64,000 bases of DNA. Source: Oceanispirochaeta sp. (GTDB taxonomy: Bacteria > Spirochaetota > Spirochaetia > DSM-2461). Below are positions 19,805 to 29,580 of the stretch, piece by piece. Position 1 is the first letter of the stretch; the number at the start of each line of letters is the position of its first letter. The position numbers and the translations under genes are program-made. The DNA lies in assembly GCA_963663385.2 (NCBI GenBank), contig CAXXXD010000003.1, forward strand, positions 864,001 to 928,000, read 5' to 3'. The notes under the pieces are model-generated. The model had not been told where the DNA came from. It made no database searches and worked only from the letters and a program-made list of their open reading frames with translations.

Positions 19805-19850
19805 TTTGTCTTTTCCTTATACACGTTTTTTTGGTCCGACTTAGAAAGCG

Positions 19851-19879
19851 TTGCTAAATCATGCATTTAGCAATAAAAT
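19851..19879 (+). promoter_or_regulatory. Leaderless-type sigma70 promoter containing a perfect palindrome
   Basis: TTGCTA-17 bp-TAAAAT-6 nt-ATG; TTGCTAAAT-N5-ATTTAGCAA at 19851-19873. Confidence 0.6.
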
Positions 19880-19885
19880 AACCAT

Positions 19886-21583
19886 ATGCATAAAGATAAT
19901 GTATTTGACAGGCTTGTAAAAGACCTTTCCAGTGAAGATCGGTTGAAAATGATTGAAAAAATAGAGCAAAATATCCATGTCAATCAGGATCCTATCGATA
20001 TTAATGTTGAAAACGAGGTATCCTCAACTGTAGAAGAGCAATATAAGGTTCTGAATTGGTTGGAAAAGCTTGTAATATTTATTAAAATGTTATTTTTAAA
20101 GCAAAATAAGTATGAATTGACAAAAAAGTATATGTTACATGCTGTGGCAAGGCGGATTCAGTATATGAATTCACAGTATTTTAATGTAAAAAACGAATCT
20201 GTTACTCCCGAATTTTTCACTATAGTGTCAGATTTAGCTAAACTGGTAGGTCATATTAGAAAACCTCTTGAAGAATGTTTTAATAATGACAAAATGATGT
20301 TCTACCTTCTTCTTGGAAAACTGGAATTCCCTGAAGTGCATAATCTATTGGAGTCCGGATTGGATCCCTGGCGGATAAGTGAGGAGAATCCAACCATGGA
20401 TCCCCAGGATGTCAGAAAAAATCTGACCGAGGAGATGGAGTCTGTCATTATCCGTATAACGAAAAACGACAGAGTTAGAATGATGGAATCCACCAGGGTT
20501 CTCTATCAGATGTATCAGCTCAGTATTTTCCCTTTTCATCTGCTGCTCGGACAATTCCCGGCCTCTACGGAAGGAGGGGTTCTCCCCGCCGGTCTCTCTC
20601 TTGTTGCCAACTACTTAAATGAACTGGGCAGTATTCTGATGTCTTTCAACAAACCTCCCAGTATCAAACTGCTTGAAGCTGTTTTTCTTACGGATATGGC
20701 TAAAGAGGAAGACCGGGAAATGCCTATGGAAGAGAGTCTTAAAAACTCCATGGTAAAAACCGAGCTTCTGATAGGGCGAATCAGGGAATTTAACAGAAAT
20801 ATATACCTGCCTGATCTGTTGAAGCTGGTTAATGAGGATCCTTTCTTTGTTCCCGATGATATAGGCGGAGGGGAAGACTGGTTTCGTTATTATAACCAGT
20901 ACTGGCAGGATCTTATAGCTGAAAAAATGAAGAAGTATATCCGCAGGAGGGTTATTGATGCGGGTAAGAATGAACTTCTTCGTTACTGGGACAGGGCCGA
21001 TGTTCTCTCTCTGAACAACTATAACTCCCGGAATCCGAAAAATCGATACGCCGTATCCATAGCAGTACTGAACACATTTTTTAATGAGATCGTGAAGAAA
21101 GTCCTGTACTACCCCTTGCGGATTGTGCTGGTTGACGGTGAATTCTACAAAAAGAATAACCGCTCCGAATTTGAGGAGAAATTTGAAGCTATGATGAAAA
21201 TCGGGGACAGGATACGATGGTTTGAACACTACCTGGAACCCGATGGTGAGGGCGGGATGAAAATCAGGGATGCCATACATAAATCTGCAGGCAATGAATC
21301 TGTTGGTGAAGAGCTGCTGAAACCGATCTATGCACGGATCAATCAGGATGCCCTGATTATTCTGGAAGAATCGCTTCAGGTCTTTTTCTCCATGGGCAGG
21401 CTTCTTAATGGTATTGTTCTGGGGAACGGCGGAACCTATGATACCCTTGCCAATTTCTCCGATCTGGGCGGGAAGAGTAATGCCGAGCTGCGTGAATCCG
21501 TACAGAATTCAGCTGATCATATTCATAAACTCTCCTTCTCTCTGCAGGATATTTTGAATCAGGAAAAAGAGGATGATCTCTGA
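19886..21583 (+). CDS. Conserved spirochete protein (DUF5312-like)
   Basis: 565-aa helical protein; FDRLV.DLS.E.R..M N-terminus and GGGEDWF motif (family assigned from memory). Confidence 0.6.
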   Translation: MHKDNVFDRLVKDLSSEDRLKMIEKIEQNIHVNQDPIDINVENEVSSTVEEQYKVLNWLEKLVIFIKMLFLKQNKYELTKKYMLHAVARRIQYMNSQYFNVKNESVTPEFFTIVSDLAKLVGHIRKPLEECFNNDKMMFYLLLGKLEFPEVHNLLESGLDPWRISEENPTMDPQDVRKNLTEEMESVIIRITKNDRVRMMESTRVLYQMYQLSIFPFHLLLGQFPASTEGGVLPAGLSLVANYLNELGSILMSFNKPPSIKLLEAVFLTDMAKEEDREMPMEESLKNSMVKTELLIGRIREFNRNIYLPDLLKLVNEDPFFVPDDIGGGEDWFRYYNQYWQDLIAEKMKKYIRRRVIDAGKNELLRYWDRADVLSLNNYNSRNPKNRYAVSIAVLNTFFNEIVKKVLYYPLRIVLVDGEFYKKNNRSEFEEKFEAMMKIGDRIRWFEHYLEPDGEGGMKIRDAIHKSAGNESVGEELLKPIYARINQDALIILEESLQVFFSMGRLLNGIVLGNGGTYDTLANFSDLGGKSNAELRESVQNSADHIHKLSFSLQDILNQEKEDDL

Positions 21584-21713
21584 TCTCTCACGGAGGGGTG
21601 TTCATTGACTATTAAAAGGAATTCTGTTTAAATCCATTTAACGGAAAAGGTTGTTGACGGGATCCTTTCGGAGCCGGGAAAATAACCGACTCCTCCCCCT
21701 TGTGAGGCTGTAA

Positions 21714-23468
21714 ATGGATAATGTGAAAAGACAATGGATTAAAATAATTGCCGATGGACTGGCAAAGGCTGCCGAAGGCAAAGGAATTGAACTCGGTAAT
21801 ATTGAAGAGCGAATTATCGTGGAACGCCCCCCCCGGGCAGATATGGGAGATCTGGCTTTCCCCATGTTTCCCTTTGCAAAGGATTTTCGCGGTGCCCCGC
21901 CTATGATTGCAGGACTGGTGGCGGAAGCTCTTGGTGAGTTTAAGGCCGGATCGGTGAAAACCGTTGGTCCCTATCTGAATGCTTTTCTGGACAGGGGTTC
22001 CGTGGCTGCGGATCTTCTGAAAGATGTGGAGACCGAAGCTGAAAAATACGGGGAATCCGAACTATTAAACGGCCAGAAAATTATGGTGGAATTCTCCTGT
22101 CCCAATACAAACAAGCCCCTCCACCTTGGTCATCTCAGAAATGATGCGATCGGGGAAAGTATCTCCCGTATTCTGAAAGCTGCCGGAGCTGAAGTTAAAA
22201 AGGTGAACCTTATCAATAACAGAGGTGTTCACATCTGTAAATCAATGCTGGCTTATCAGAAGTTCGGGGAAGGCAAAACACCTGAAAGCAGCGGTATCAA
22301 GGGAGACCACCTGGTAGGGGAGTTTTATGTAAAATTCAATCAGTGGTCCAAAGAGGATGACACCGCTGAAGCTCAGGCTCAGGAAATGCTGCGTCAGTGG
22401 GAAAATGGTGATGAGAAAGTCCGGAAGCTCTGGGAAATCATGAACGGATGGACAATCGACGGTATTAATGAAACCTATAAAAATACAGGAATCTCCTTTG
22501 ATACCTACTATTATGAGAGTGAAACCTATCTTTCCGGACGGGATGAAGTTCTGAGAGGGCTGGAAAGCGGTGCTTTCTATAAGGATGAAGACGGCAGCAT
22601 CCGTCTGGATCTGTCGGATATCAAGATGGATACAAAGGTAATGCTTCGTTCCGACGGGACTTCCGTTTATATGACTCAGGATCTGGGAACAGCTATTGCC
22701 CGTCATGAAGACTATCCCTTTGACCGTCTTATCTATGTTGTAGGTGCCGAACAGGAGTATCATTTTAAAGTCCTGTTTCATGCTTTAAAGAAGCTGGGGT
22801 ATACCTGGGCTGATATGCTCTACCACCTGTCCTACGGAATGGTAAACCTTCCGGAGGGTAAGATGAAATCCCGGGAAGGTACTGTCGTAGATGCCGATGA
22901 TATCCTTGCCAAGCTTACAGAGATGGCTAAAGAGGAAATTATTGCAAAGGACAGGGCCGAAGCTGTAGGGGATGTTGATGAAACCGGTGGTAAGATAGCC
23001 CTTGCTGCTCTTCACTATTTTCTCCTTCAGGTATCCCCCTATAAGGATATGATTTTTAATCCGAAGGAGTCTCTCTCTTTTAACGGGAATACCGGGCCTT
23101 ATCTTCAGTATATGAGTGCCCGTATCTGCAGCATGCTCGAAAAATATGAAGCCCGTTCTGCAGAGTTCGAAGGCGCCGTAGTGGACAGCTCTCTTCTTGT
23201 CAGTGATGCGGAATGGGAGCTGATGAAACTCGTTTCCTCCTACCCGGCGCAGGTTAACCAGGCCGCTGCCGAGCTGAATCCTTCAGTAATTGCTGTTTAT
23301 CTATACGATACGGCAAAGGCATTCAGCCGTTTCTATCATGATTGTCCCATTTTAGGCAGCGGCGATAAAAATCTGACCTGTTCGAGGGTCGCTTTGACCA
23401 AAGCGGTGCTCCAGGTGCTCAAAAACGGATTTAATCTGGTTAATATCCCTTTTCTGAGTAAAATGTAA
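21714..23468 (+). CDS. argS: Arginine-tRNA ligase
   Basis: VEFSCPNTNKPLHLGHLRN, GKMKSREG, GNTGPYLQY; DALR-type tail. Confidence 0.96.
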   Translation: MDNVKRQWIKIIADGLAKAAEGKGIELGNIEERIIVERPPRADMGDLAFPMFPFAKDFRGAPPMIAGLVAEALGEFKAGSVKTVGPYLNAFLDRGSVAADLLKDVETEAEKYGESELLNGQKIMVEFSCPNTNKPLHLGHLRNDAIGESISRILKAAGAEVKKVNLINNRGVHICKSMLAYQKFGEGKTPESSGIKGDHLVGEFYVKFNQWSKEDDTAEAQAQEMLRQWENGDEKVRKLWEIMNGWTIDGINETYKNTGISFDTYYYESETYLSGRDEVLRGLESGAFYKDEDGSIRLDLSDIKMDTKVMLRSDGTSVYMTQDLGTAIARHEDYPFDRLIYVVGAEQEYHFKVLFHALKKLGYTWADMLYHLSYGMVNLPEGKMKSREGTVVDADDILAKLTEMAKEEIIAKDRAEAVGDVDETGGKIALAALHYFLLQVSPYKDMIFNPKESLSFNGNTGPYLQYMSARICSMLEKYEARSAEFEGAVVDSSLLVSDAEWELMKLVSSYPAQVNQAAAELNPSVIAVYLYDTAKAFSRFYHDCPILGSGDKNLTCSRVALTKAVLQVLKNGFNLVNIPFLSKM

Positions 23469-23594
23469 TTTCATGAACTGATCTGGCTGTAACAGCCGGA
23501 TCGGATCATCGGATAATTCTTGGCACTTGACCATCTTACGGGATAAATGGTATACCACCATAGTGCCAAAAAAATGATTGTTGAGGTTAAGTGA

Positions 23595-23909
23595 ATGTAC
23601 GCACTTGTAGAGATCAAAGGTAAGCAGTATAAAGCTGAAAAAGGCGCTGTGTTGAGAGTTGACAAGTTTAACAAGGAAGCCGGTGACAAAGTGGAATTCG
23701 ATTCCGTTCTGTTCCTTTCCGGAGAGGGCGAAGCCAAAGTTGGTGCGCCCTATGTGGAAGGTGCAAAAGTTACCGCTGTTGTTAAAGACACTATCAAAGA
23801 TAGTAAAGTCAAAGTCTTTAAATTCAAAAAAAGAAAAGGCTACAAAAGAACACAGGGTCACAGGCAGCAGTATACTCTGCTTCAGGTAGAGGAAATCCTC
23901 GGAGCCTGA
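23595..23909 (+). CDS. rplU: 50S ribosomal protein L21
   Basis: MYALVEIKGKQYK...GHRQQYT. Confidence 0.97.
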   Translation: MYALVEIKGKQYKAEKGAVLRVDKFNKEAGDKVEFDSVLFLSGEGEAKVGAPYVEGAKVTAVVKDTIKDSKVKVFKFKKRKGYKRTQGHRQQYTLLQVEEILGA

Positions 23910-23910
23910 G

Positions 23911-24249
23911 GTGATCAGGATTGTCCTTACCTTCGCGGATTCCGGTCTTCTTGAGACCCTGACATCCCAAGGTCATGCAAATAGGACGAATGACTTACTA
24001 AGCGAAGCTTGCGCGGGAGTCTCAATTCTGTTGAGAACCGCGGCAAGGCTTTTCAGCCATACCGACGGCTTGCATGTTGTCGGATCGGCTGATGAACCGG
24101 GGCATCTGGTACTGTCAGTAACAGATGTTTCCGACGGTTGTCTGGATTGGTATAGGGGAGCAGTTGATTATCTGCTTCTTGGCCTGCGGGATCTCGCAGA
24201 GGAATATCCGGGCAGTATTAAAATTGAATCAAACCTAAGGAAGCAATAA
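23911..24249 (+). CDS. prp: Ribosomal-processing cysteine protease Prp (YsxB/DUF464)
   Basis: GHA...CAGVS catalytic His/Cys, C-terminal GL..L...YP..I; lies between rplU and rpmA. Confidence 0.8.
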   Translation: MIRIVLTFADSGLLETLTSQGHANRTNDLLSEACAGVSILLRTAARLFSHTDGLHVVGSADEPGHLVLSVTDVSDGCLDWYRGAVDYLLLGLRDLAEEYPGSIKIESNLRKQ

Positions 24250-24506
24250 TGGCTCATAAGAAAGGTGGCGGAAGCTCCAAGAATGGTAGAGACTCCAATG
24301 CTCAGAGACTGGGTGTTAAAAGATTCGGCGGACAGCTTGTAAAAGCCGGAGAAATCCTTGTAAGACAGAGAGGAACAAAAATCCATCCAGGTGAAAACGT
24401 AGGTATCGGTAGAGATGATACTCTTTTTGCCAAGGAAACTGGTAATGTTCTTTTTCATGTTAAAAAAGGAAAAAAGCGGGTTTCTATCGTAGAAGCAGGT
24501 GAATAA
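24249..24506 (+). CDS. rpmA: 50S ribosomal protein L27 (no N-terminal extension)
   Basis: [26 protein letters not shown] overlap with prp. Confidence 0.97.
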   Translation: MAHKKGGGSSKNGRDSNAQRLGVKRFGGQLVKAGEILVRQRGTKIHPGENVGIGRDDTLFAKETGNVLFHVKKGKKRVSIVEAGE

Positions 24507-24512
24507 GAATTC

Positions 24513-25499
24513 ATGCAGGGTTTTATTGATGAAACTCGTGTAGAAGTCTATTCCGGAGACGGAGGTGCTGGCAGTGTCTCCTTCCGAAGAGAAAAATATG
24601 TCCCCAAGGGCGGGCCTGACGGTGGTGACGGCGGGCGCGGCGGGGACGTTGTTTTTCAGGTTAAAAAAAATCTGAAAACCCTATCTCATTTGAATCACAA
24701 ACATGTCTTTAAAGGTAAAAACGGCGAAACCGGTAAGGGTAAGCGCATGCATGGTAAGAACGGCGAACCAGTCATTATTACTGTGCCTCCCGGCACTATT
24801 ATCCGGGATTACCAGACTGATGAGATTTTGAAAGACTTTTCCGAAAACATAGATGGAGAGGAATGGACATTCCTTAAAGGCGGCGAGGGCGGTCTGGGTA
24901 ACTGGCACTTTAGAACATCCCGGAAACAAACTCCCCGTTATTCTCAACCCGGAAAACCGGGGCAGTATGCTGAGTTGAAGCTTGAGCTTAATGTAATAGC
25001 CGATATTGGTTTTGTCGGTTTTCCTTCTGTAGGTAAGTCCAGTCTTTTAAAAGCGCTGACAAATGCCAATCCCAAGATTGCAGCATACCCTTTTACTACC
25101 AAGATTCCGAATCTAGGGATGCTCAGGCTTGGTGAGAAGGATGTTGTATTGGCGGATATCCCCGGGATTATTGAGGGCGCCTCTTCCGGACTTGGTCTTG
25201 GGATCCGCTTTTTGAAACATATTGCCAGAACAGCCTGTCTGGCATTCCTGATTGATCTGGGTGAACCGGATTTTACCGATACCTATGCGAAACTTCTTGT
25301 GGAACTGGAAGCTTATAATCCGGATCTTCTTGAGAAGAAACGTCTGATTATCGGTACAAAAATGGATCTGGAATGTGCAGAAGATAATCTGGCTGAACTG
25401 AGAAAAATGCATCCTGAACATGAAGTAATAGCTGTTTCCGTCTTTTCCCGCGAAGGGCTGGAGGATTTGAAACTTGCCATGCTTAAAATGGCAAAATAG
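24513..25499 (+). CDS. obgE: GTPase ObgE/CgtA
   Basis: Gly-rich Obg fold FRREKYVPKGGPDGGDGG; G1 GFPSVGKS; YPFTT; DIPG. Confidence 0.96.
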   Translation: MQGFIDETRVEVYSGDGGAGSVSFRREKYVPKGGPDGGDGGRGGDVVFQVKKNLKTLSHLNHKHVFKGKNGETGKGKRMHGKNGEPVIITVPPGTIIRDYQTDEILKDFSENIDGEEWTFLKGGEGGLGNWHFRTSRKQTPRYSQPGKPGQYAELKLELNVIADIGFVGFPSVGKSSLLKALTNANPKIAAYPFTTKIPNLGMLRLGEKDVVLADIPGIIEGASSGLGLGIRFLKHIARTACLAFLIDLGEPDFTDTYAKLLVELEAYNPDLLEKKRLIIGTKMDLECAEDNLAELRKMHPEHEVIAVSVFSREGLEDLKLAMLKMAK

Positions 25500-25502
25500 T
25501 CA

Positions 25503-26075
25503 ATGAGGCTTGTAATATTGGGGGGGACGTATAATCCTCCCCATATCGGGCATATTGCCATGGCTGATTTTGTTCGAAGGAGTTGTTCCTATGACAAAGT
25601 CGTACTGGTTCCCTCTTTCCAACCGGCTCATAAAATAGTCTCCACAGGCATTACCCCGCAGCAGCGCCTGGATATGGCGCAACTGGCGGCAGAAGAGATA
25701 GAAAATGCCTTTGTTTCGGATTGTGAAATCCGTAGAGAGGGCGTTTCCTACAGTATCGAAACGGTTCGTTATCTCAAAGAGTATTACCGGCTGGATTCGA
25801 AGCCCGGTCTTGTAATCGGAGATGATCTGATAAACGGGTTTCCTAAATGGCATAAAGTGGACGAACTGGTTAATGAAGCTGATATTATCGTTCTTCATCG
25901 TGGAGAGGATTTCGAAATGGGTCTCCCTTTCCCTCATACTTATCTCAGCAATGATATGATACCAGTTTCTTCTTCCGAAATAAGACAGCGTGTGCGGCAG
26001 CGTCTTTCAATCAGTGAGTATGTTCCTCCTTCGATAGCAGAGTATATTTTTAGCCGGGGGCTTTATCTTGAATAA
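25503..26075 (+). CDS. nadD: Nicotinate-nucleotide adenylyltransferase
   Basis: GGTYNPPHIGH, IG.D..W and VSSSEIR. Confidence 0.92.
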   Translation: MRLVILGGTYNPPHIGHIAMADFVRRSCSYDKVVLVPSFQPAHKIVSTGITPQQRLDMAQLAAEEIENAFVSDCEIRREGVSYSIETVRYLKEYYRLDSKPGLVIGDDLINGFPKWHKVDELVNEADIIVLHRGEDFEMGLPFPHTYLSNDMIPVSSSEIRQRVRQRLSISEYVPPSIAEYIFSRGLYLE

Positions 26076-26637
26076 CAGGGAAAAGAGTTTTTTTCTCGAT
26101 GCAGTACGCAATATGCTTCCGGAAAAACGATTCAGTCACTCTCTTCGCTGCGCGAACTGCGCTGCTGATCTGGCAGAAATATTTGAGGTGGATCAGGACA
26201 AAGCCTGGCTGGCCGGTTTGACTCATGATATCTCCCGCGGCCAGGAGAGAGAGACAATAAAAGAGTGGGCTGTTCTGGATAAGGGTTTTCTGACCGATTA
26301 TGAAAAAAAATATTTCAATGTTCTGCATAGTTATGCCAGTGCCTGGTATTTGAGGAATGAGCTGAAAATAGAGGATGAAGAGGTATTGAATGCTGTTCGC
26401 TTTCATACTACCGGTTCCCCCTGCATGGACGATCTGTCAAAAGTTGTTTTTGCAGCAGATTATATGGAGCCCGGTCGGGAGCATATGAAAAAGAAAGATC
26501 TTGATCTTCTGTCAAGCCTGCCCCTTGACCGTCTCATTCTGACTATACTGGAAGCTACCAAACACTATCTTGATAAAAAACATATACCTCTTGCACCGGA
26601 AAGCAGGGAGTTGTATCAAAAGCTGACAACACGGTAG
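26068..26637 (+). CDS. yqeK: HD-domain Ap4A hydrolase YqeK
   Basis: RFSHS, AGLTHD, AVRFHTTG and ADYMEPGR; follows nadD. Confidence 0.88.
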   Translation: MNNREKSFFLDAVRNMLPEKRFSHSLRCANCAADLAEIFEVDQDKAWLAGLTHDISRGQERETIKEWAVLDKGFLTDYEKKYFNVLHSYASAWYLRNELKIEDEEVLNAVRFHTTGSPCMDDLSKVVFAADYMEPGREHMKKKDLDLLSSLPLDRLILTILEATKHYLDKKHIPLAPESRELYQKLTTR

Positions 26638-26650
26638 AATAAGATTACAT

Positions 26651-27829
26651 ATGAAAGACAACAGACGCATAGATCCATCTCTGGTCATACTCAGTCTCAT
26701 TTTTCTGATTCTTGTAGGCCTGGGAACGTATATCCTTTTTTCAATGAAAATTGATGACTACAGGGAGATGGTAAACGATAATAAACTGATCTCCATTGCC
26801 CTTATAATTGAAGACGAGGGAATGCCGGTGGTAACAGAGTTGTTCTATTACCATCCTGAAACCAGAAAGGGGGCTCTTCTGAATCTGCCGGAGGATACGG
26901 GAGCCATTATCAAGTCGCTGAACAGGGTTGACCGGGTAGATGTGGTCTATCAGGCTCAGGAGCCGTCAGATTATCTGGAACAGGTTGCAGCATTAACCGG
27001 TATCGATTCGGATTTTTATGTGATCATTTCTGCGGGGACACTGGTCCATTTGGTAGACTTTCTGGAAGGGGTTGAAATTTTCCTTTCCAATCCTGTTGAT
27101 ATACAGGAAGAGGGCAAACTGATTCTGCTCCCCTCTGGCAGTGTTACTCTGGACGGAGATAAAGCCCTTGATTATCTGAAGTATGAGCAGGAAGGGGAAT
27201 CCGTAGGAGACCGGATCAGGAGGGAGCATGAGCTTGTGATGGGGATCCTCAGGAAGACCAATCAGCTCTATAGTCCTGTTATGGCGGAAAATCTGATGAT
27301 GTATCTTCTGCCCGGGATCAGAACTGATATGGATCAGAAGTCCTTCGGGTCTTTTCTATCGGAGCTTTCTTCCCTTGAGGTGGATCGTATGGTTTTTCAG
27401 GAAGTCCTTGGAACAAGGCGGAAGGTTGATAATCAGATTCTTCTTTTTCCCCATTATGACGGGAAGCTTCTGAAGGAAACTGTTAAGCAGATGGAAGATT
27501 CTCTTTCGGATTTTGATATACTGAAGGATGAGAAACTGATTGTTTCACTGGAGATTCAGAACGGAACAACAAGGAATGGCCTGGCCGGCAGAACGGCAGA
27601 GATCTTCAAAAGTTACGGCTATCAGATTTCCTCTATAAAAAATGCGGATTCCACCAAATATGAAAACACGGTTATCCTGGATAAAAAGGGTGATCCCTCT
27701 TCTGTTCAGCGGGTGGCGAATCTGATCAAGTGTACGAAAATCCATACGGAAGTAGACCGGAATCGGGACGAAACCGTTGATATCATAGTAATTTTAGGAA
27801 AGGATTTTGATGGAAGGTATGTCAAATAA
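26651..27829 (+). CDS. LCP family protein with LytR C-terminal domain
   Basis: N-terminal TM, LPEDT, LVD.LEGVE, LDG.KAL; C-terminal NGT..GLA...A..IIVILG.D. Confidence 0.8.
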   Translation: MKDNRRIDPSLVILSLIFLILVGLGTYILFSMKIDDYREMVNDNKLISIALIIEDEGMPVVTELFYYHPETRKGALLNLPEDTGAIIKSLNRVDRVDVVYQAQEPSDYLEQVAALTGIDSDFYVIISAGTLVHLVDFLEGVEIFLSNPVDIQEEGKLILLPSGSVTLDGDKALDYLKYEQEGESVGDRIRREHELVMGILRKTNQLYSPVMAENLMMYLLPGIRTDMDQKSFGSFLSELSSLEVDRMVFQEVLGTRRKVDNQILLFPHYDGKLLKETVKQMEDSLSDFDILKDEKLIVSLEIQNGTTRNGLAGRTAEIFKSYGYQISSIKNADSTKYENTVILDKKGDPSSVQRVANLIKCTKIHTEVDRNRDETVDIIVILGKDFDGRYVK

Positions 27830-28202
27830 ATCAGTTGAATGGAAAAAGCTGCTGGAAGTGGCTCTTGATGCTAAAGGGAATAATCCCATTGTTATGGATA
27901 TGGCGGCCCAGTGCTCGTGGGGCGATTATATGATACTGGTCAGTGCGAGCAGTCAGATGCATATGAAAGGTATATATAATCGTCTGGCTGACTATATGAA
28001 AGATCATGATGAGTTCAGTATGAATAACCATCCCGGGACGAAAGACGAAAACCGCTGGATTCTTATGGATCTCGGCTCTGTCATAATACATATAATGACA
28101 GAGGAAGCAAGAGAGTATTACAGTCTGGAAGATATCTGGTTCGAATCTCCCGTGTTATATAAAGAAGAGAATCAGTCGTCCAGTTCGTCCAGTTCGTCGT
28201 AA
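27819..28202 (+). CDS. rsfS: Ribosome silencing factor
   Basis: DAKG..I.VMD, WILMDLG.VIIHIM..EAREYY.LE.IW; start at 27807 or 27819. Confidence 0.9.
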   Translation: MSNKSVEWKKLLEVALDAKGNNPIVMDMAAQCSWGDYMILVSASSQMHMKGIYNRLADYMKDHDEFSMNNHPGTKDENRWILMDLGSVIIHIMTEEAREYYSLEDIWFESPVLYKEENQSSSSSSSS

Positions 28203-28456
28203 TCATCAAGCTCATCCTGGGCATCCTCCCGGATGAGCTTATCCTCATCATCGTTGTCCGATGGTTCTAGCTGGTCATCCAGGTCTTCATCGTAACTGTC
28301 TTCCAGTTCCGAATCGGCAATCCCGTCATCGTAATTCCTGTCCATTGCCTCATCGAAATCGTCAATATTCTGTTCAAAAATTTCATCTTCTTCGAAATCA
28401 AAAAAGCAGGACCCATCTTCTGATATTTCATCAATACCTGATTCTGACTGGAGCAT
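28172..28456 (-). CDS. Hyper-acidic small hypothetical protein
   Basis: 94 aa with about 45 D/E and 3 K/R by hand count; fills the rsfS-nadC gap; GAGGG upstream. Confidence 0.65.
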   Translation of the reverse strand: MLQSESGIDEISEDGSCFFDFEEDEIFEQNIDDFDEAMDRNYDDGIADSELEDSYDEDLDDQLEPSDNDDEDKLIREDAQDELDDYDELDELDD

Positions 28457-28563
28457 GAGTGTGGTTACCCTCTGTTCATATAGCGTTGGATTAGACTACT
28501 TTTTCATATCATTTTTTGAGTATATTGCCAACCATCGTCTAATAATTTAAAATAATTTTTATT

Positions 28564-29403
28564 ATGAATGATGCAAATTTCGACAAATTATTAAAGTTGG
28601 CTCTTAACGAAGATCTTGGTGATGTAGGAGATGTTACATCCAGAGCCATTTTTGACGACTCTCAAACAGTTACAGCTCTTTTGAAGAGTAAAGATACAGG
28701 GGTGCTGGCAGGGCTTCCTTTTTTTATTCAGGTATTCCATAAAGTGAATAAAGATATAGTCGTTGAAAAACTGAAGAACGACGGGGATGCTCTGAAACCC
28801 GGAGATCTGGTAGCCAGAGTGAGCGGGCCCGTCGCATCTGTGCTTGAGGCGGAAAGAACTGCGATTAATTTTCTGTCCTTTATGTCCGGCATTGCCTCTG
28901 TTACGGCAGAACATATAAAGGCGGCAAATGATAACGGCCATGTGGTCATACTTGATACAAGAAAAACCCTTCCCGGATACAGAACCCTTTCAAAGTATGC
29001 TGTTACCAAAGGAGGAGGGCAGAACCACCGTATGGGCCTTTATGATATGGTTATGATTAAGGATAACCATGCCGATGCGGCGGGAGGAATCACTCCTGCA
29101 GTTAACAGGGTCCGTGAGAAATGGGGTGAACTGTATCGTATCGAAGTTGAATGCCGGAATCTGGAAGAGGTAAAAGAAGCTCTGGACTGTGAAGTGGACG
29201 TTATTATGCTGGATAATATGTCTCCTGCCGAAACCTCTGAGGCTGTAGCTCTCAGGCGGGGCGATGTGGAGTTTGAAGCTTCCGGTAATATGGATCTGGA
29301 AAAAATCCGCCGCTACAACAACACGGGAGTTGATTATATCTCTATCGGAAAACTGACCCACTCCGTAACAGCCTTCGATTTTTCCCTTGTGATGGAAGCA
29401 TGA
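28564..29403 (+). CDS. nadC: Quinolinate phosphoribosyltransferase
   Basis: EDLG..GDVTS, DTRKTLPG, HRMGLYD..MIKDNH, IMLDN and EASG. Confidence 0.95.
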   Translation: MNDANFDKLLKLALNEDLGDVGDVTSRAIFDDSQTVTALLKSKDTGVLAGLPFFIQVFHKVNKDIVVEKLKNDGDALKPGDLVARVSGPVASVLEAERTAINFLSFMSGIASVTAEHIKAANDNGHVVILDTRKTLPGYRTLSKYAVTKGGGQNHRMGLYDMVMIKDNHADAAGGITPAVNRVREKWGELYRIEVECRNLEEVKEALDCEVDVIMLDNMSPAETSEAVALRRGDVEFEASGNMDLEKIRRYNNTGVDYISIGKLTHSVTAFDFSLVMEA

Positions 29404-29580
29404 TAAAAAGGGGAATACGGAGTATTCGGGTCCCTTTTTTAGTCATTTGCGGCAGAGACTTTTCGAAGAAAAGTGCTCGATAGCAAACCGGAGAAACATG
29501 ATAAATAGGGGAATCCGAGAGTATTCGGGTCCCTTTTATCATCTGTAGTAGAGATTTTTCGAAGAAAAGTGCTCGAAAGC
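29399..29580. repeat. Imperfect tandem duplication (98-bp period) of a two-hairpin element
   Basis: CATGATAAA.AGGGGAAT...GTATTCGGGTCCCTTTT...GAGA(C/T)TTTTCGAAGAAAAGTGCTCGA.AGC at 29399 and 29497. Confidence 0.85.

Noticed and set aside
21584..21713. T-box riboswitch upstream of argS
   Set aside because: The leader is too short and has no T-box consensus or terminator.
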